DNA of 64,000 bases from Candidatus Hydrogenedentota bacterium (GTDB lineage Bacteria; Hydrogenedentota; Hydrogenedentia; Hydrogenedentales; JAEUWI01): the NCBI GenBank assembly GCA_034669905.1, contig JAXMOL010000009.1:1-64000 (forward strand), read 5' to 3'. Positions 37,901 through 44,174 of the stretch are shown here, piece after piece; within the stretch, counting starts at the first letter, position 1; each line of letters opens with the position of its first letter. The position numbers and the translations under genes were made by a program. Below the pieces are notes generated by a model. That model saw only the letters and a program-made list of their open reading frames with translations, did no database searches and was not told the DNA's origin.

Positions 37901-39013
37901 CGTGCCCGACGCGCCCAGGGTAATGGCACTGCCATCGCCCTGCGCCACACTGCCACCGGTCACGCTGATGAGGCGAATCGCCACCGGGGGATCATCGATG
38001 GTGTCCGGGTCGCTCAATACACTGGGCGTGATCCGAATATTTGCCGAGCCGGGTGCGGGCGCGTCTTCATTAATACTGATGGGGCCGTCGCTCGTGTTGG
38101 TCACGGTGACATTGCCACCGGCGCTGGGGGGATCTGTGTTATCTGCGGTGATACTCACGGTGGCGGTAGAAGCGGTCGAATCGGCAACGCCGGATCGGTC
38201 GACGACGACATAGGAAATCGTTGCGTCCGTATCCCGATCCATCGCGGGGGTAAAGCGCAAGTTCAGGTCGCCCGAGGACATCGTCAATGCTGTTCCGGAG
38301 GCGCCCAATACAATGGCACTGCCGTCGCCCTGCGCCACGGTGCCGCCGGTGACGGAGAGGAGCCGCAAGGCCGTCGGGGGGTTGTCTACCGTATCGGGAT
38401 CGCTGAGGGTGACCGGGCTGATCTGGATGTTTGCCGAGCCGGGCGCGGGCGCGTCTTCACTGATACTGATGGCACCGCCGCTCGTGTTGGTCACGGTGAC
38501 ATTGCCACCCGCGCTGGGTGGGTCGGTGTCGTCGGCAGTAATACTTATCGTGATGGTCGACTGACTGGAATCGGTTACGCCGCCGGGATCCACGACCACA
38601 TACTGAATGGTGGCGTCGGTGTCCCGGTCGGGGCTGGGCGTAAAGCGGGCCTCATAGTCGCCGCTCGACAACATGAGCACCGTGCCCGACGCACCGAGCG
38701 TAATGGCACTCCCATCGCCCTGGGCAATGGTGCCGCCCGTGATGGAGATAAGGCGAATGGAATCCGGCGTTTCCCCCATGTCGGCATCCATCAGGGTGGT
38801 GGGCGTAAACTGCACATTGGCGGAAACCGGTGCTGTGGCGTCCTCTGGAATGCTGGTGCCCGCCCCACCGGGTGCGGTGGCGGTAATATCGCCCCCGGGT
38901 GACGGCGCCACAGCGAAGGCCACACCACCAACCGAAAAAATCCCCAAGCCCATGATAACACTGGATATCAGACGCGGCCAATTGCCCATACGTCCACCAG
39001 AAAGTCGAATCAT
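25994..39013 (-). CDS. Giant (4,339 aa) Ca2+-binding surface adhesin: Ig/cadherin-like repeats, DUF11-like, ASH/choice-of-anchor-D and EF-hand arrays, C-terminal Gly-Cys + TM anchor
   Basis: Signal peptide and GGAG RBS. Repeated xNDxP linkers, DUF11-like PGDTxxYTxxxxNxG, cadherin DFETRDSYTVLIRSRD, many DxDxDG..S..E loops, and C-terminus AFGCG...GLVILLTLSILLMHQWRRAR. Confidence 0.9.
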   Translation of the reverse strand: MIRLSGGRMGNWPRLISSVIMGLGIFSVGGVAFAVAPSPGGDITATAPGGAGTSIPEDATAPVSANVQFTPTTLMDADMGETPDSIRLISITGGTIAQGDGSAITLGASGTVLMLSSGDYEARFTPSPDRDTDATIQYVVVDPGGVTDSSQSTITISITADDTDPPSAGGNVTVTNTSGGAISISEDAPAPGSANIQISPVTLSDPDTVDNPPTALRLLSVTGGTVAQGDGSAIVLGASGTALTMSSGDLNLRFTPAMDRDTDATISYVVVDRSGVADSTASTATVSITADNTDPPSAGGNVTVTNTSDGPISINEDAPAPGSANIRITPSVLSDPDTIDDPPVAIRLISVTGGSVAQGDGSAITLGASGTVLNLTSGKLDLRFTPAMDRDTDATISYVVVDRSGVADSTASTATVSITSGADPPAAGGDLTALAPGGGATMINEDDGAPGAANIRVAPPTLSDPDTGENPNSIRLISITGGTVAQSDNSAITLGASGTILGLTGGAVNLRFTPTSGRDTAATITYVVVDPGGISDSAQSTITVNITPQPDAPDAGGNITATAPGGGATNITEDDPAPGAANIRVMPATLNDDDTGETPNAIRLLTFTGGTVTQANGSAIVLGASGTVLTLTTGFLDLRFTPAADRDTAVTIPYVVVDPGGVSDSASSNITVNITAVNDAPSGANATLADINEDASNPPGETITTLFGGSFSDVDGTFAGIAVVGNPALAGEGTWQYSPPTSPGSQWFDIGTVTDTASSPNALVLDPSTELRFLPASEFDGPVTSLTIRVLDDSYGGSFSTRTGVVEFRQTTDTSTNGDPTAISAATYTITHNIIGDNDTPTQVQNNTLTVNQGDSGTISSALLSYTDVDDVDTTLQYTIVSGPSNGTLNMTPNFTQGNINSNAVTYTHGGTNTTSDSFTFNVRDDEAATTANATFNITINLTPTVTTPIADVQVNENAANTVIDLLTSFTDSEDGSGGLTYTVPSTTGDAIFNGAPMISGGNLTLAYAADSPGTAMVTVRATDSNGAFVEDTFQVSVNDRPVADADSATTSEGMAVVISVLTGDSDSDGTLVASSVTVTSAASNGTTMVNTGTGAVTYTPTGDFNGSDSFQYTVDDNLGSTSAPATVTVTVSAVNDPPVLTVPAGPESVAEGDSLTISTAAGNPITITDVDADETPFGAGTGGVNVTISATKATFTLASTANLANVTGNGTATVSFDGTIADTATALDGLQYTPDALVNGSDTITVNVSDKGNTGAGGVMTQMDTIAVTIMATNDPPVVTVPGSQTVDEDVSTAIGGISIADPDAGSGNVTVTLSVAQGMLTVNTAAVGGVPSGQITNNGTSTVTLLGTISQQNATLATLRFQTALNVVSDQSLSIVANDNGNSGGPAQSGSGNVGISVTAQNDDPSFTNFPSGAQSVNEDTNLVFSTANGNRITITDIDHQENNPTGVVRATLAVSNGTLALNGTTGLTSVSGDGTATVQVEGSTTNINTAFNGLTYRGTTGFNGTDMLTATLTDLGNTGVGGGGNVSMNVTINVSAINNAPAITVPGAQNADENINFPFSATDGNAIVIEDIDSDEAPGDLVVTLSVSNGVLTLADTAALTTFTGNGTASISMTGVLAAINAALDGLIYRGNLDFNGIDTLNITANDQGNTGSGPVGTDSDTVTILIGAVNNPPVLTVPGTQTINEDITTAITGITVSDVDAATGNLVVTLSVGAGFLAVSDSVSGGVDALAIGNNNTPSVTLTGTLSELNNTLPTLTFTTAQDNAVSQTLTVHVTDQGNTGDGGAQTDQETVSLTVTAINDDPVIVVPAAQTTDEELALIFSGANGNAISFSDVDVAESAGELRVTLTVTQGLISLGSTAGITLVTGTGSDETTVTFSGTVAAINAALDGLRYEPNLNVNTESGLTESLAIIVNDQGNTGQGGGTNITANVTINITALNDDPTVTVPGAQSVAEDTPLVFGGTVSVADIDVAESAGTLSLRMAASSGTISLATTADITITAPATGTDDASITFSGTAAAVNAALNGFSYQGNQDFNGNDTITLTLNDQGNTGVGGAVDVVATIPVTVTPVNDPPVASSVILAPAEPLRNEDLTASYTYFDVDMDPENSTAIRWYRNGELQSAFNNLRTVPMSATVEEEIWLFRVTPNDGLLPGTEVESNSVRIRPVADLQLFIARDPSQVVPGEDVSYTFQVRNLGPSPVTDAVVTTTLPATLENVTWACAACGSSGTGTINDTLDLAAGESVDYVLTARVDAAGTGDLTVSGNVAGPSLVFETDSANNSATDTVPLMPEATLQVTMAADVVEAAPGDTITYTVNVTNAGPSDARGVLFTDTPDVNTTLVVGTVTTSQGTVTTGNTGGDSQVDVAVGTIPLGASAEIQYSVTVNTPFPASGMNQVCTRGQFIGEPGNADVNFVDAAPAEEVCTTINTVIAFTATKVDRLLVDLNGDEAINPGDTVRYTIDIINTGNGGANGVVYSHPAIANGSLITDSIVTTPTANNITLDGGAVTIDLGSIQGDDGTGSGANEATIVFNLVVENPLPPGEDFLFSQGTLGYDELEVGQSPILTDDPDAVAIEDSDLVPLDGDGNVIHPAPTVTRIVSAPELVVLKNDDIGRDEEKRPGDTIVYTVTIENRGNRGAANLVYRNPFRDNEISATELQSVDGSSPLSDVATSLLSNFDALDSDDSLGLSSVELDGSFFALTTAQFNELDTSDARLALLENSILVNGNPTTNGGSATELLLDLGSLNGRNPQFTNGPTITITFSVLLNDVLLGGTNTIRCQGQVESDVLEPVLSDDPETINVANDATVTFVRAIPDINIVPEILTIDFGDQDIDDGRTLARMVEISNGVAATANLTLGFVGLEGAGLSEFVIVSDTEESVLAPGETRFIEVAFDPDSIGNKIASLRIESDDPDDSAIDVNLSGRALDSDIRVTPSTLNFGKRNLLAGASAPQSVSIINDGLGILTLDSVTLACGPDIFPVMTQERFDALDLNNDGVLTRGIGQTELELAIDLFDIAEVLIDAFTTLDEDSSNDLSVAEVELRFPFLNATRFDALDTDRSMGLSEEELETALRLATFAESLRESFEDFDTTAPAGLDFMESQQILPDLTQGEFGTLDRDEDGVLSVSELEEQLRLAIIAAQLTIDFSGLDLNQDSALSLVEISAFTPLLTPGRFDTIDTDGDEEITPTELGAVTSTLASEILANFNELDTDRSGGLSLDELSASCDFEILSDSGEDSLETAQSRLVRVVFNPSTPGMKVGTLRIEANQQGQGTPIVSKVSLFGTGNRTPRIVDQNPVSTQEDTPVTIILDNLIVDAPLLEFPDEVTLAFQPRPEGANYTRDGNTIIPNRNFNGILFVPVTVRDGDIDSNVWNLRISVARVNDPPTAISLDNTTIMENQVLKTVVGRLRTTDPDLGDLHVYSLVPDDPNTDDDDFIDNEFFSIVADQLVSNVVFDFETRDSYTVLIRSRDPQGETVQRAFGITILDQANDEDNSVASEVLLNNFSLADRNNDGVLTLEEIRVFLPGFTQERFNQLNVETEVSAAELEVGISLTANAQRLFDNFELADIDEDEGLTLVEARTQVPGLTEAAFRYMNTDGDSFLTPSELQSAILLNADLSSLLAAFASLDRDLSGQLTYDEVPRSARTVTRALFDGLEQNPGVSQRELQTQVACMLIEDSVVLVQPTGDLLAAPEATLLDVTFNAEVDVNVALACNAEDVTFTYDIGSESILITDLAEYFLLNFDALDADFNNGLDYDEVSFSRIGITAARFNTIDFDGDTFLSEDELDAAVILSDFASVLLESFAELNVDNSTGLSFAETEAAGLDFDALRYSIVDLNDNGVLTRQELEAEIDLPAYLQSVFTDLDLNSDLALSPVEVGARLPGLSATRFDNLDQDRDGFLIPEELQSADDFGKQNPVFAAALPVEGMQKQLRGLAPATFTLPVNNAYRVRATATLETTGQTVQSEEFTFEIRNGVDDNANGYLDDPFSILVNDGSRWAHTVESVNCDRSVVMHYWRGRNIPGPNIEVRVTNPADSSQYLDLQVPHGLLNEGEEGILIVAMSCDAESLFTRQQAEALDELPADLVAGSPWIDISVVVRTIGESDFTALSDSRVAQRVVRISLNGLDFSPEDTATFYRNSAVVVDEPDSGFTVVPGLETWSASATRSPVSSGTTLTANLTKIGAIVALESLKPPILVTVPSASDVLDLGEVDVNDTVERMVTITNDGGEQLVGTVELRDATGVFSLIGEASYDLAHGETHSFLVRFSPNAGAAFAGTLTYSGDGGGLVTASVTGLGIAPKAFGCGLSTDGSPFPVGNGLVILLTLSILLMHQWRRARQAPHH
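32795..35612 (-). repeat. Seven tandem ~130-aa Ig/cadherin-like repeats in the adhesin
   Basis: Each unit starts xN(D/N)xP..(V)P..Q...ED and ends near DxGN(T/S)GxG. Boundaries are approximate. Confidence 0.8.
36980..38910 (-). repeat. Five tandem ~130-aa N-terminal repeats in the adhesin
   Basis: The unit PxAGGx...ED...GxANI...IRLISxTGG.V.Q.DGSAI.LGASGT.L.L....LRFTP..DRDT.ATI.YVVVD recurs five times. 37770-37867 and 38160-38257 are identical DNA. Confidence 0.9.
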
Positions 39014-39384
39014 CTCTTACTCCAGCCATACGTTCGAAATCAGGACATTTATCTCGTGCACCCACAGCAACACGATACGAGGGGTCCCATAGAAAACCCA
39101 ATGCCCGCAGCGCTGGCCCCCGTTACAGTCCGGCGGGCCAGTGGATGTGGAAAAGCGCGGTCCAGACACCTGCCCAGAGAAATCCCGGATAAGCGAGTTG
39201 TCCGGGTATGACTTGCGCCTGGCACGTGTCCATCTGCCACCACGATTACATGATACCTTTACAGACAGGCCTTGTCTAGCGTATCCATCATTCGATTTGT
39301 CGAAAAGTGTAAGCCTGCAGGCGGGGGCTAAACCCGCGCGAGGTCATGACTAAGCACGGCTTTCGATTGCGGGGTGTCGACGAA

Positions 39385-39435
39385 AAGCACAAAATAAACG
39401 TGCTTCTTGACTTGCTTAAGATTTTCAGGTTTAAT
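39385..39435 (+). promoter_or_regulatory. Sigma-70-type promoter for the T6SS operon with an adjacent inverted repeat
   Basis: TTGACT (39407-39412), 17 bp, TTTAAT (39430-39435). AAGCAC-N9-GTGCTT (39385-39405) lies just upstream of the -35. Confidence 0.5.
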
Positions 39436-39551
39436 CATTGGGTCAACTATATATCGTGCAACCACGGGCAGGGGTGTCCGGGCAATGGTTGCGTCTCGAG
39501 GCGATATTCAGATATCAGCAGAATAATTGTTGCTTTCTTCCGGGAGTATTC

Positions 39552-40715
39552 ATGGACATAGAACAATTGTTAGAACCCATCTCGGACGAGATGCCGTGTG
39601 GGGAAGAGGGCTCGCTGTTTGCGCTGGAAGAGATCGTAAAGGAGCAGGGGGCAGGGATTGTGGCGGGGGCCGAGGTGGAAGCGACCGAGCCCAACTGGAG
39701 CCAGCTTTACGAAGAGTCGATTGCGTGCTTTCAAGAGTGTAAACACCTGCGCACGGCCCTCTTTTTGACCCTTGCCAGCATGAATCGCAATGGCGTCATC
39801 GGGTTTCGGGATGGGCTGAGTCTGATTAAAGGGTTGATCGAGCAATATTGGGATACGATGTACCCCGAGTTGGATCCCGACGAAGGCATGGGAGATCCCG
39901 ATGGCTGGATGGAGCGGGAGAATATTCTAAACGACATGAGTGCGCCCCTGGCAACGGTGGGCGATACCATGAAGTTCCTCCAACGGCTTCGTGCCGTGCC
40001 ATTGACGAACTCACGCCAATTGGGCCGCTTTTCATTGAAAGATATCCAGGCGGCGCTTGCGGCCGGAAGCGATGATGAAGAGGGCGATTCCGATAGCAAT
40101 GCACCCAAAATGTCGTTGATACAGGGGGCATTTGAAGATACCGACCTCGATGAATTAGACGCTATGCACACCGCCGTATCCGAGTCCATCGAATTGCTCG
40201 ATGGGATTCGTGAGGCCCTTTCCGAGAAATTGTCCCAGAGTATCCCCCCAACCTTTGAAAATGTGGCCAGCATGTTGAAAGACATGAAGCGTCCGGTTTT
40301 CAAGGAATTGGATCGTCGTGGCTTCTTCGACGACGACGACGACGACTTCGATGCAGATGGGGACGATGACGGGGGAGAAGAGGACGGTAGCGAAGAGGGG
40401 AGTAGCGGCGGTGGCGGCGGTGGAGGCCGCAAAGGCGACATGGCGAGTGCGGGAATTAATTCCCGCGAAGATGTGTTGAAAGCATTCGGCCTCATTTACA
40501 AGTATTACAGTCGAAACGAGCCTTCGAGTCCGGTGCCCCTCATTATGAAACGCGCCGAACGGCTCGTAACGGCCAATTTTTACGACATTATCTCGGATCT
40601 ATCACCCAGCGCTATCAGTGAGATCGAAAGTATCACGGGTACGTCGTCGAGTGACGCCATGGATTCGGGTGACGATGACTTTGATTCGGACGCCAGTAGT
40701 GACGATGATATGTAA
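39552..40715 (+). CDS. tssA: Type VI secretion protein TssA (ImpA N-terminal domain)
   Basis: LLEPISDEMPCGE, EPNW, KHLR and YWDTMYPELD, then an acidic linker and C-terminal YYSRNEPSSPVPLIMKRAERL. Confidence 0.92.
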   Translation: MDIEQLLEPISDEMPCGEEGSLFALEEIVKEQGAGIVAGAEVEATEPNWSQLYEESIACFQECKHLRTALFLTLASMNRNGVIGFRDGLSLIKGLIEQYWDTMYPELDPDEGMGDPDGWMERENILNDMSAPLATVGDTMKFLQRLRAVPLTNSRQLGRFSLKDIQAALAAGSDDEEGDSDSNAPKMSLIQGAFEDTDLDELDAMHTAVSESIELLDGIREALSEKLSQSIPPTFENVASMLKDMKRPVFKELDRRGFFDDDDDDFDADGDDDGGEEDGSEEGSSGGGGGGGRKGDMASAGINSREDVLKAFGLIYKYYSRNEPSSPVPLIMKRAERLVTANFYDIISDLSPSAISEIESITGTSSSDAMDSGDDDFDSDASSDDDM

Positions 40716-40819
40716 GCGCTTCTGTGAGGCACAGAAACGCGGTGAAGAACACACGTAAGAGATGCTGACATCCCGGTGGATGACAGAGAAACAGCGAACA
40801 GAAAGGGCATAGGAGCACC

Positions 40820-41323
40820 ATGGCAACACCTAGTAGTCAGAAATTTATTGCTCGCAATAAGGCTCCCCGGGTTCAGATCGAATATGATGTAGAACTCTAT
40901 GGGGCGGAAAAGAAAATCAACCTGCCATTCGTGATGGGTGTCATGGCGGACCTTTCCGGCAAGCCCGCGGAAGAGCTTCCTCCGGTCAGCGATCGCGACC
41001 TCGTGGAGATTGATTCGGAAAACTTTAACAGCCGGCTCAAAGCTATGAAGCCCCGCGTGGCCTTTCAGGTGCCCAATACCCTGTCGGGTGAAGGCAACCT
41101 TTCCGTGGAAATGACCTTTGAGTCCATGGATGATTTCTCGCCCGGGAAAGTGGCCGAAAACGTCGACGAGCTCAATGAGCTCCTGACCGCACGGCGTGAG
41201 CTCTCCGACCTGCTCTCCTATATGGACGGTAAGAGTGGCGCAGAAGATCTGTTGGGTAAAGTGCTCGCGGATAAAGACGCCCTGTCTCAATTGGGCGGTG
41301 ACGCAAGCGAAGGAGGTGAATAA
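40820..41323 (+). CDS. tssB: T6SS contractile sheath small subunit TssB
   Basis: SSQKFIARNKAPRVQIEYDVE, LPFVMGVMADLSG and FESMDDFSP. Confidence 0.97.
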   Translation: MATPSSQKFIARNKAPRVQIEYDVELYGAEKKINLPFVMGVMADLSGKPAEELPPVSDRDLVEIDSENFNSRLKAMKPRVAFQVPNTLSGEGNLSVEMTFESMDDFSPGKVAENVDELNELLTARRELSDLLSYMDGKSGAEDLLGKVLADKDALSQLGGDASEGGE

Positions 41324-41325
41324 CC

Positions 41326-42798
41326 ATGGCTGATACCGTTGAAGAAGGAGCCACACTGGATGTCGCCCAACTGGACGACATGATTGATAGTGAATTCAAG
41401 CCGAAGACCTCGGCGGCGAAAAGCACGATCAAGAAAGCCGTGTCAACGCTTGCCCGTGAAGCCTTGAAAGAGGGCGAGGTCGATCCGTCGGATTCGACGG
41501 CCACGATCAAGTTCCTGATCAAGAACCTGGATGACAAGCTCACCAAGCAGGTGAACGGAATCATCCACCATGAAGATTTCCAGAAACTGGAAGGCTCCTG
41601 GCGCGGATTGCAATACATGGTTTCCAACACGGAAACCGACGAGCAATTGAAGATTCGCGTGCTGAACATCTCCAAAAAAGAAATCAGCAAGCTCCTCAAG
41701 AAATATAAGGGTACGGCCTGGGAACAGAGCCCCCTCTTCAAGAAGCTCTATGAAGAAGAATATGGTACGCCCGGTGGCGAGCCCTATGGTTGTATCGTGG
41801 GTGACTACGAATTCGACCACAGCGCTCCCGACGTGCAGATTCTTCAGGGAATCTCGCAGATCGCTGCGGCTGCCCACACCCCCTTCATTGCGGCGGCTTC
41901 CCCCCGTCTGATGAACATGGACAGCTGGCAGGAGCTTTCCAATCCCAGCGACATCAATAAGCTCTTCACTTCCCCTGAGTATGCGCCCTGGCGCTCCCTC
42001 CGGGAGTCGGAAGATGCCCGCTATATGGGCCTGACCCTGCCGCGTTTTCTGTCCCGCCTGCCCTATGGCGCGGCAACCAACCCGGTTGATGACTTTGACT
42101 TCGAAGAAGAAGTCAATAACGACCAGAAAAACTTCACCTGGGCCAATGCCGCGTATGCGATGGGCGCCAACATCACCCGCTCCTTCAAGCTCTACGGCTG
42201 GTGTTCCCAGATTCGTGGCGTGGAAAGTGGCGGCTCGGTGGAAGGACTGCCCTGTTATACCTTCCCGACCGATGACGGTGGGGTGGACATGACCTGTCCG
42301 ACCGAAATCGCCATCACGGACCGTCGTGAAGCCGAAATGGCCCGCGCAGGTCTCATGCCCCTGTCCTTCTTCAAGAACACCGACTACGCCGTGTTTATCG
42401 GTGCCCAGTCGCTGCAGAAGCCCCAGGAATACGAAGATCCGGATGCGACGGCCAACGCCAATCTCAGCGCCCGTCTGCCCTACCTCTTCTCCACCTGCCG
42501 CTTTGCCCACTATCTCAAGTGTATCGTCCGCGATAAGGTCGGTTCCTTTGCCGAGCGCGCCGACATGGAGACCTGGCTCAATAACTGGATTCGCCAGTAT
42601 GTTGAACCCGATCCCTCCAACGCCTCCAACGAAGCCAAAGCCCGCCGTCCGCTGGCTGCCGCTGAAGTGGTCGTGGCCGACGTCGAAGGCAATCCGGGTT
42701 ATTACTCGGCCGTCTTCTATCTCCGTCCCCACTATCAGTTGGAAGGTCTGTCCGCATCGCTGCGGCTGGTTTCCAAGCTGCCGACGGAAAAAGGCTGA
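41326..42798 (+). CDS. tssC: T6SS contractile sheath large subunit TssC
   Basis: FQKLEGSWRGL, EEEYGTPGGEPYG, PRFLSRLPYG, CPTEIAITDRRE, RFAHYLK and LRPHYQLE. Confidence 0.97.
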   Translation: MADTVEEGATLDVAQLDDMIDSEFKPKTSAAKSTIKKAVSTLAREALKEGEVDPSDSTATIKFLIKNLDDKLTKQVNGIIHHEDFQKLEGSWRGLQYMVSNTETDEQLKIRVLNISKKEISKLLKKYKGTAWEQSPLFKKLYEEEYGTPGGEPYGCIVGDYEFDHSAPDVQILQGISQIAAAAHTPFIAAASPRLMNMDSWQELSNPSDINKLFTSPEYAPWRSLRESEDARYMGLTLPRFLSRLPYGAATNPVDDFDFEEEVNNDQKNFTWANAAYAMGANITRSFKLYGWCSQIRGVESGGSVEGLPCYTFPTDDGGVDMTCPTEIAITDRREAEMARAGLMPLSFFKNTDYAVFIGAQSLQKPQEYEDPDATANANLSARLPYLFSTCRFAHYLKCIVRDKVGSFAERADMETWLNNWIRQYVEPDPSNASNEAKARRPLAAAEVVVADVEGNPGYYSAVFYLRPHYQLEGLSASLRLVSKLPTEKG

Positions 42799-42969
42799 TA
42801 GCGATCCCAGGGATACTTCCCGGGGTACGATATGCCAGACAATATTGCCTTGCCAGCTACGCGTGAGCTGGCAAGGTACTTGAATTACACGGTACAATCC
42901 GGTGTAATCCACTGAATCGAATGGTAGCGTGGAATAACCACCAACATATAGCAAAAGGAGATAAATGGG

Positions 42970-43461
42970 ATGGCAAATGCATTCTTCCTGAAAATTGACG
43001 GGGTGACAGGTGAATCGGAAGACGAAAGCCACAAAGGATGGCTGGAGATTTCCGAATTCGGCCAGGAAATGGCCCACGACATTGAAGGCGGTGGTACGCC
43101 TTCCGCAGCCGGTGGTTTCTCGACCGGTGGTGCAACGCTGGAAGTGATTTCCTTCAGCAAGTCTATGGACCGCTCCAGTGTTCAGTTGTTTCAATACTGC
43201 CTGACGGCCAAAGTGATTCCGACGATTACCATCGAAGCGGTACGTCCGACGGAAAAAGCGGAAGTGTACTTCCGCATCACACTGACCAACAGCATCATTG
43301 CCAGCATCAATACCAGCGGTAGCGATGGTGAACTCCCCACGGAAGAAGGCTCCATCGCCTTTACCACCATCAAGTGGGAATACACCATGGTTAAACCCGA
43401 CGGTAAGATGGGCGATACCTTCAGCTCTACCTGGAACCGTCTCACGAACCGCCAGACCTGA
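42970..43461 (+). CDS. hcp: T6SS tube protein Hcp (TssD)
   Basis: FLKIDGVTGESEDESHKGWLEI, FSKSMDRSS and IKWEY. Strong AAGGAG RBS. Confidence 0.95.
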   Translation: MANAFFLKIDGVTGESEDESHKGWLEISEFGQEMAHDIEGGGTPSAAGGFSTGGATLEVISFSKSMDRSSVQLFQYCLTAKVIPTITIEAVRPTEKAEVYFRITLTNSIIASINTSGSDGELPTEEGSIAFTTIKWEYTMVKPDGKMGDTFSSTWNRLTNRQT

Positions 43462-43494
43462 TCCGGCCGGTAATTGTTGTTTAATCTCGCGCTG

Positions 43495-43519
43495 CCGGGC
43501 TTGCATTGTGCAAGCCCGG
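43495..43519 (+). terminator. Stem-loop after hcp (terminator or 3' stabiliser)
   Basis: Perfect 11-bp stem CCGGGCTTGCA-ttg-TGCAAGCCCGG with a weak U tail. Confidence 0.5.
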
Positions 43520-43676
43520 TCGCCTATCTTTCTGCTACCCGTTGCGATGGCGCAAATCGCCCGGTAGTATTCGTTACACGGCAGGTGGTCTCTGAGCCCC
43601 GCAGGTGAGACGGAGCGTGACGGTGGGTGCGGTGCTGTTTCATCTGATGGTCGTGAATTGGAGTGAGGTCTTCCTT

Positions 43677-44174
43677 GTGTACGTTCGATATCTGCCTTCT
43701 CTCATGGACCGACTTACGGACAACGAACCCGCCAAGCGACTGGAAGCGCCCCGACCCCAGGCCATGAGTTTCCAGGAGTACCGTGCCGGATTCCAGCGGG
43801 ATCTCATGCGGCTCCTTTCCTATGGGCTTCAGGCGGCGTCGGACGAATTTGCGGGCTACCCGGAAGTACAGCGTTCCGTGCTGAACTATGGCATGGCCAA
43901 CCTCCTGGGCATGGCCGATATGGCGGCTAAACCCATTGTGGTAGAGCAAAACATCGTCGAAGCGATTCGGCGCTTCGAGCCCCGGGTTAATCGAGACACC
44001 CTCCGCGTGAACGTTTCCCGCAATGAAGTCCCGGGGGAAACCACCATGAAAAACCTGGAAATCGAAATTCAGGCGGAGTTGTGGGCCAAGCCTTATTCGG
44101 AGCACGTCTACCTCTTGACCAGCGTCGACCTGCACAATGCCAGTGTTAAAGTGAAGGAATGGCGCAATGGATAA
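43677..44174 (+). CDS. tssE: T6SS baseplate protein TssE
   Basis: LPSLMDRLTD, SVLNYG and AIRRFEPRV. A GTG start behind GAGG was chosen. Confidence 0.9.
   Translation: MYVRYLPSLMDRLTDNEPAKRLEAPRPQAMSFQEYRAGFQRDLMRLLSYGLQAASDEFAGYPEVQRSVLNYGMANLLGMADMAAKPIVVEQNIVEAIRRFEPRVNRDTLRVNVSRNEVPGETTMKNLEIEIQAELWAKPYSEHVYLLTSVDLHNASVKVKEWRNG

Noticed and set aside
39219..39240. TGGCAC in the adhesin/T6SS intergenic region as a sigma-54 promoter
   Set aside because: There is no GC at the -12 position on either strand.
40320..40425. GAC and GGC trinucleotide runs in tssA
   Set aside because: They are in-frame codons of an Asp/Gly-rich linker, not a regulatory repeat.
41443..43506. Long antisense ORFs, e.g. 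687 aa opposite tssC/hcp, 772 aa opposite tssM, 799 aa opposite the adhesin, 595 aa opposite the lyase
   Set aside because: These are shadow frames of high-GC3 genes with no recognisable motifs.
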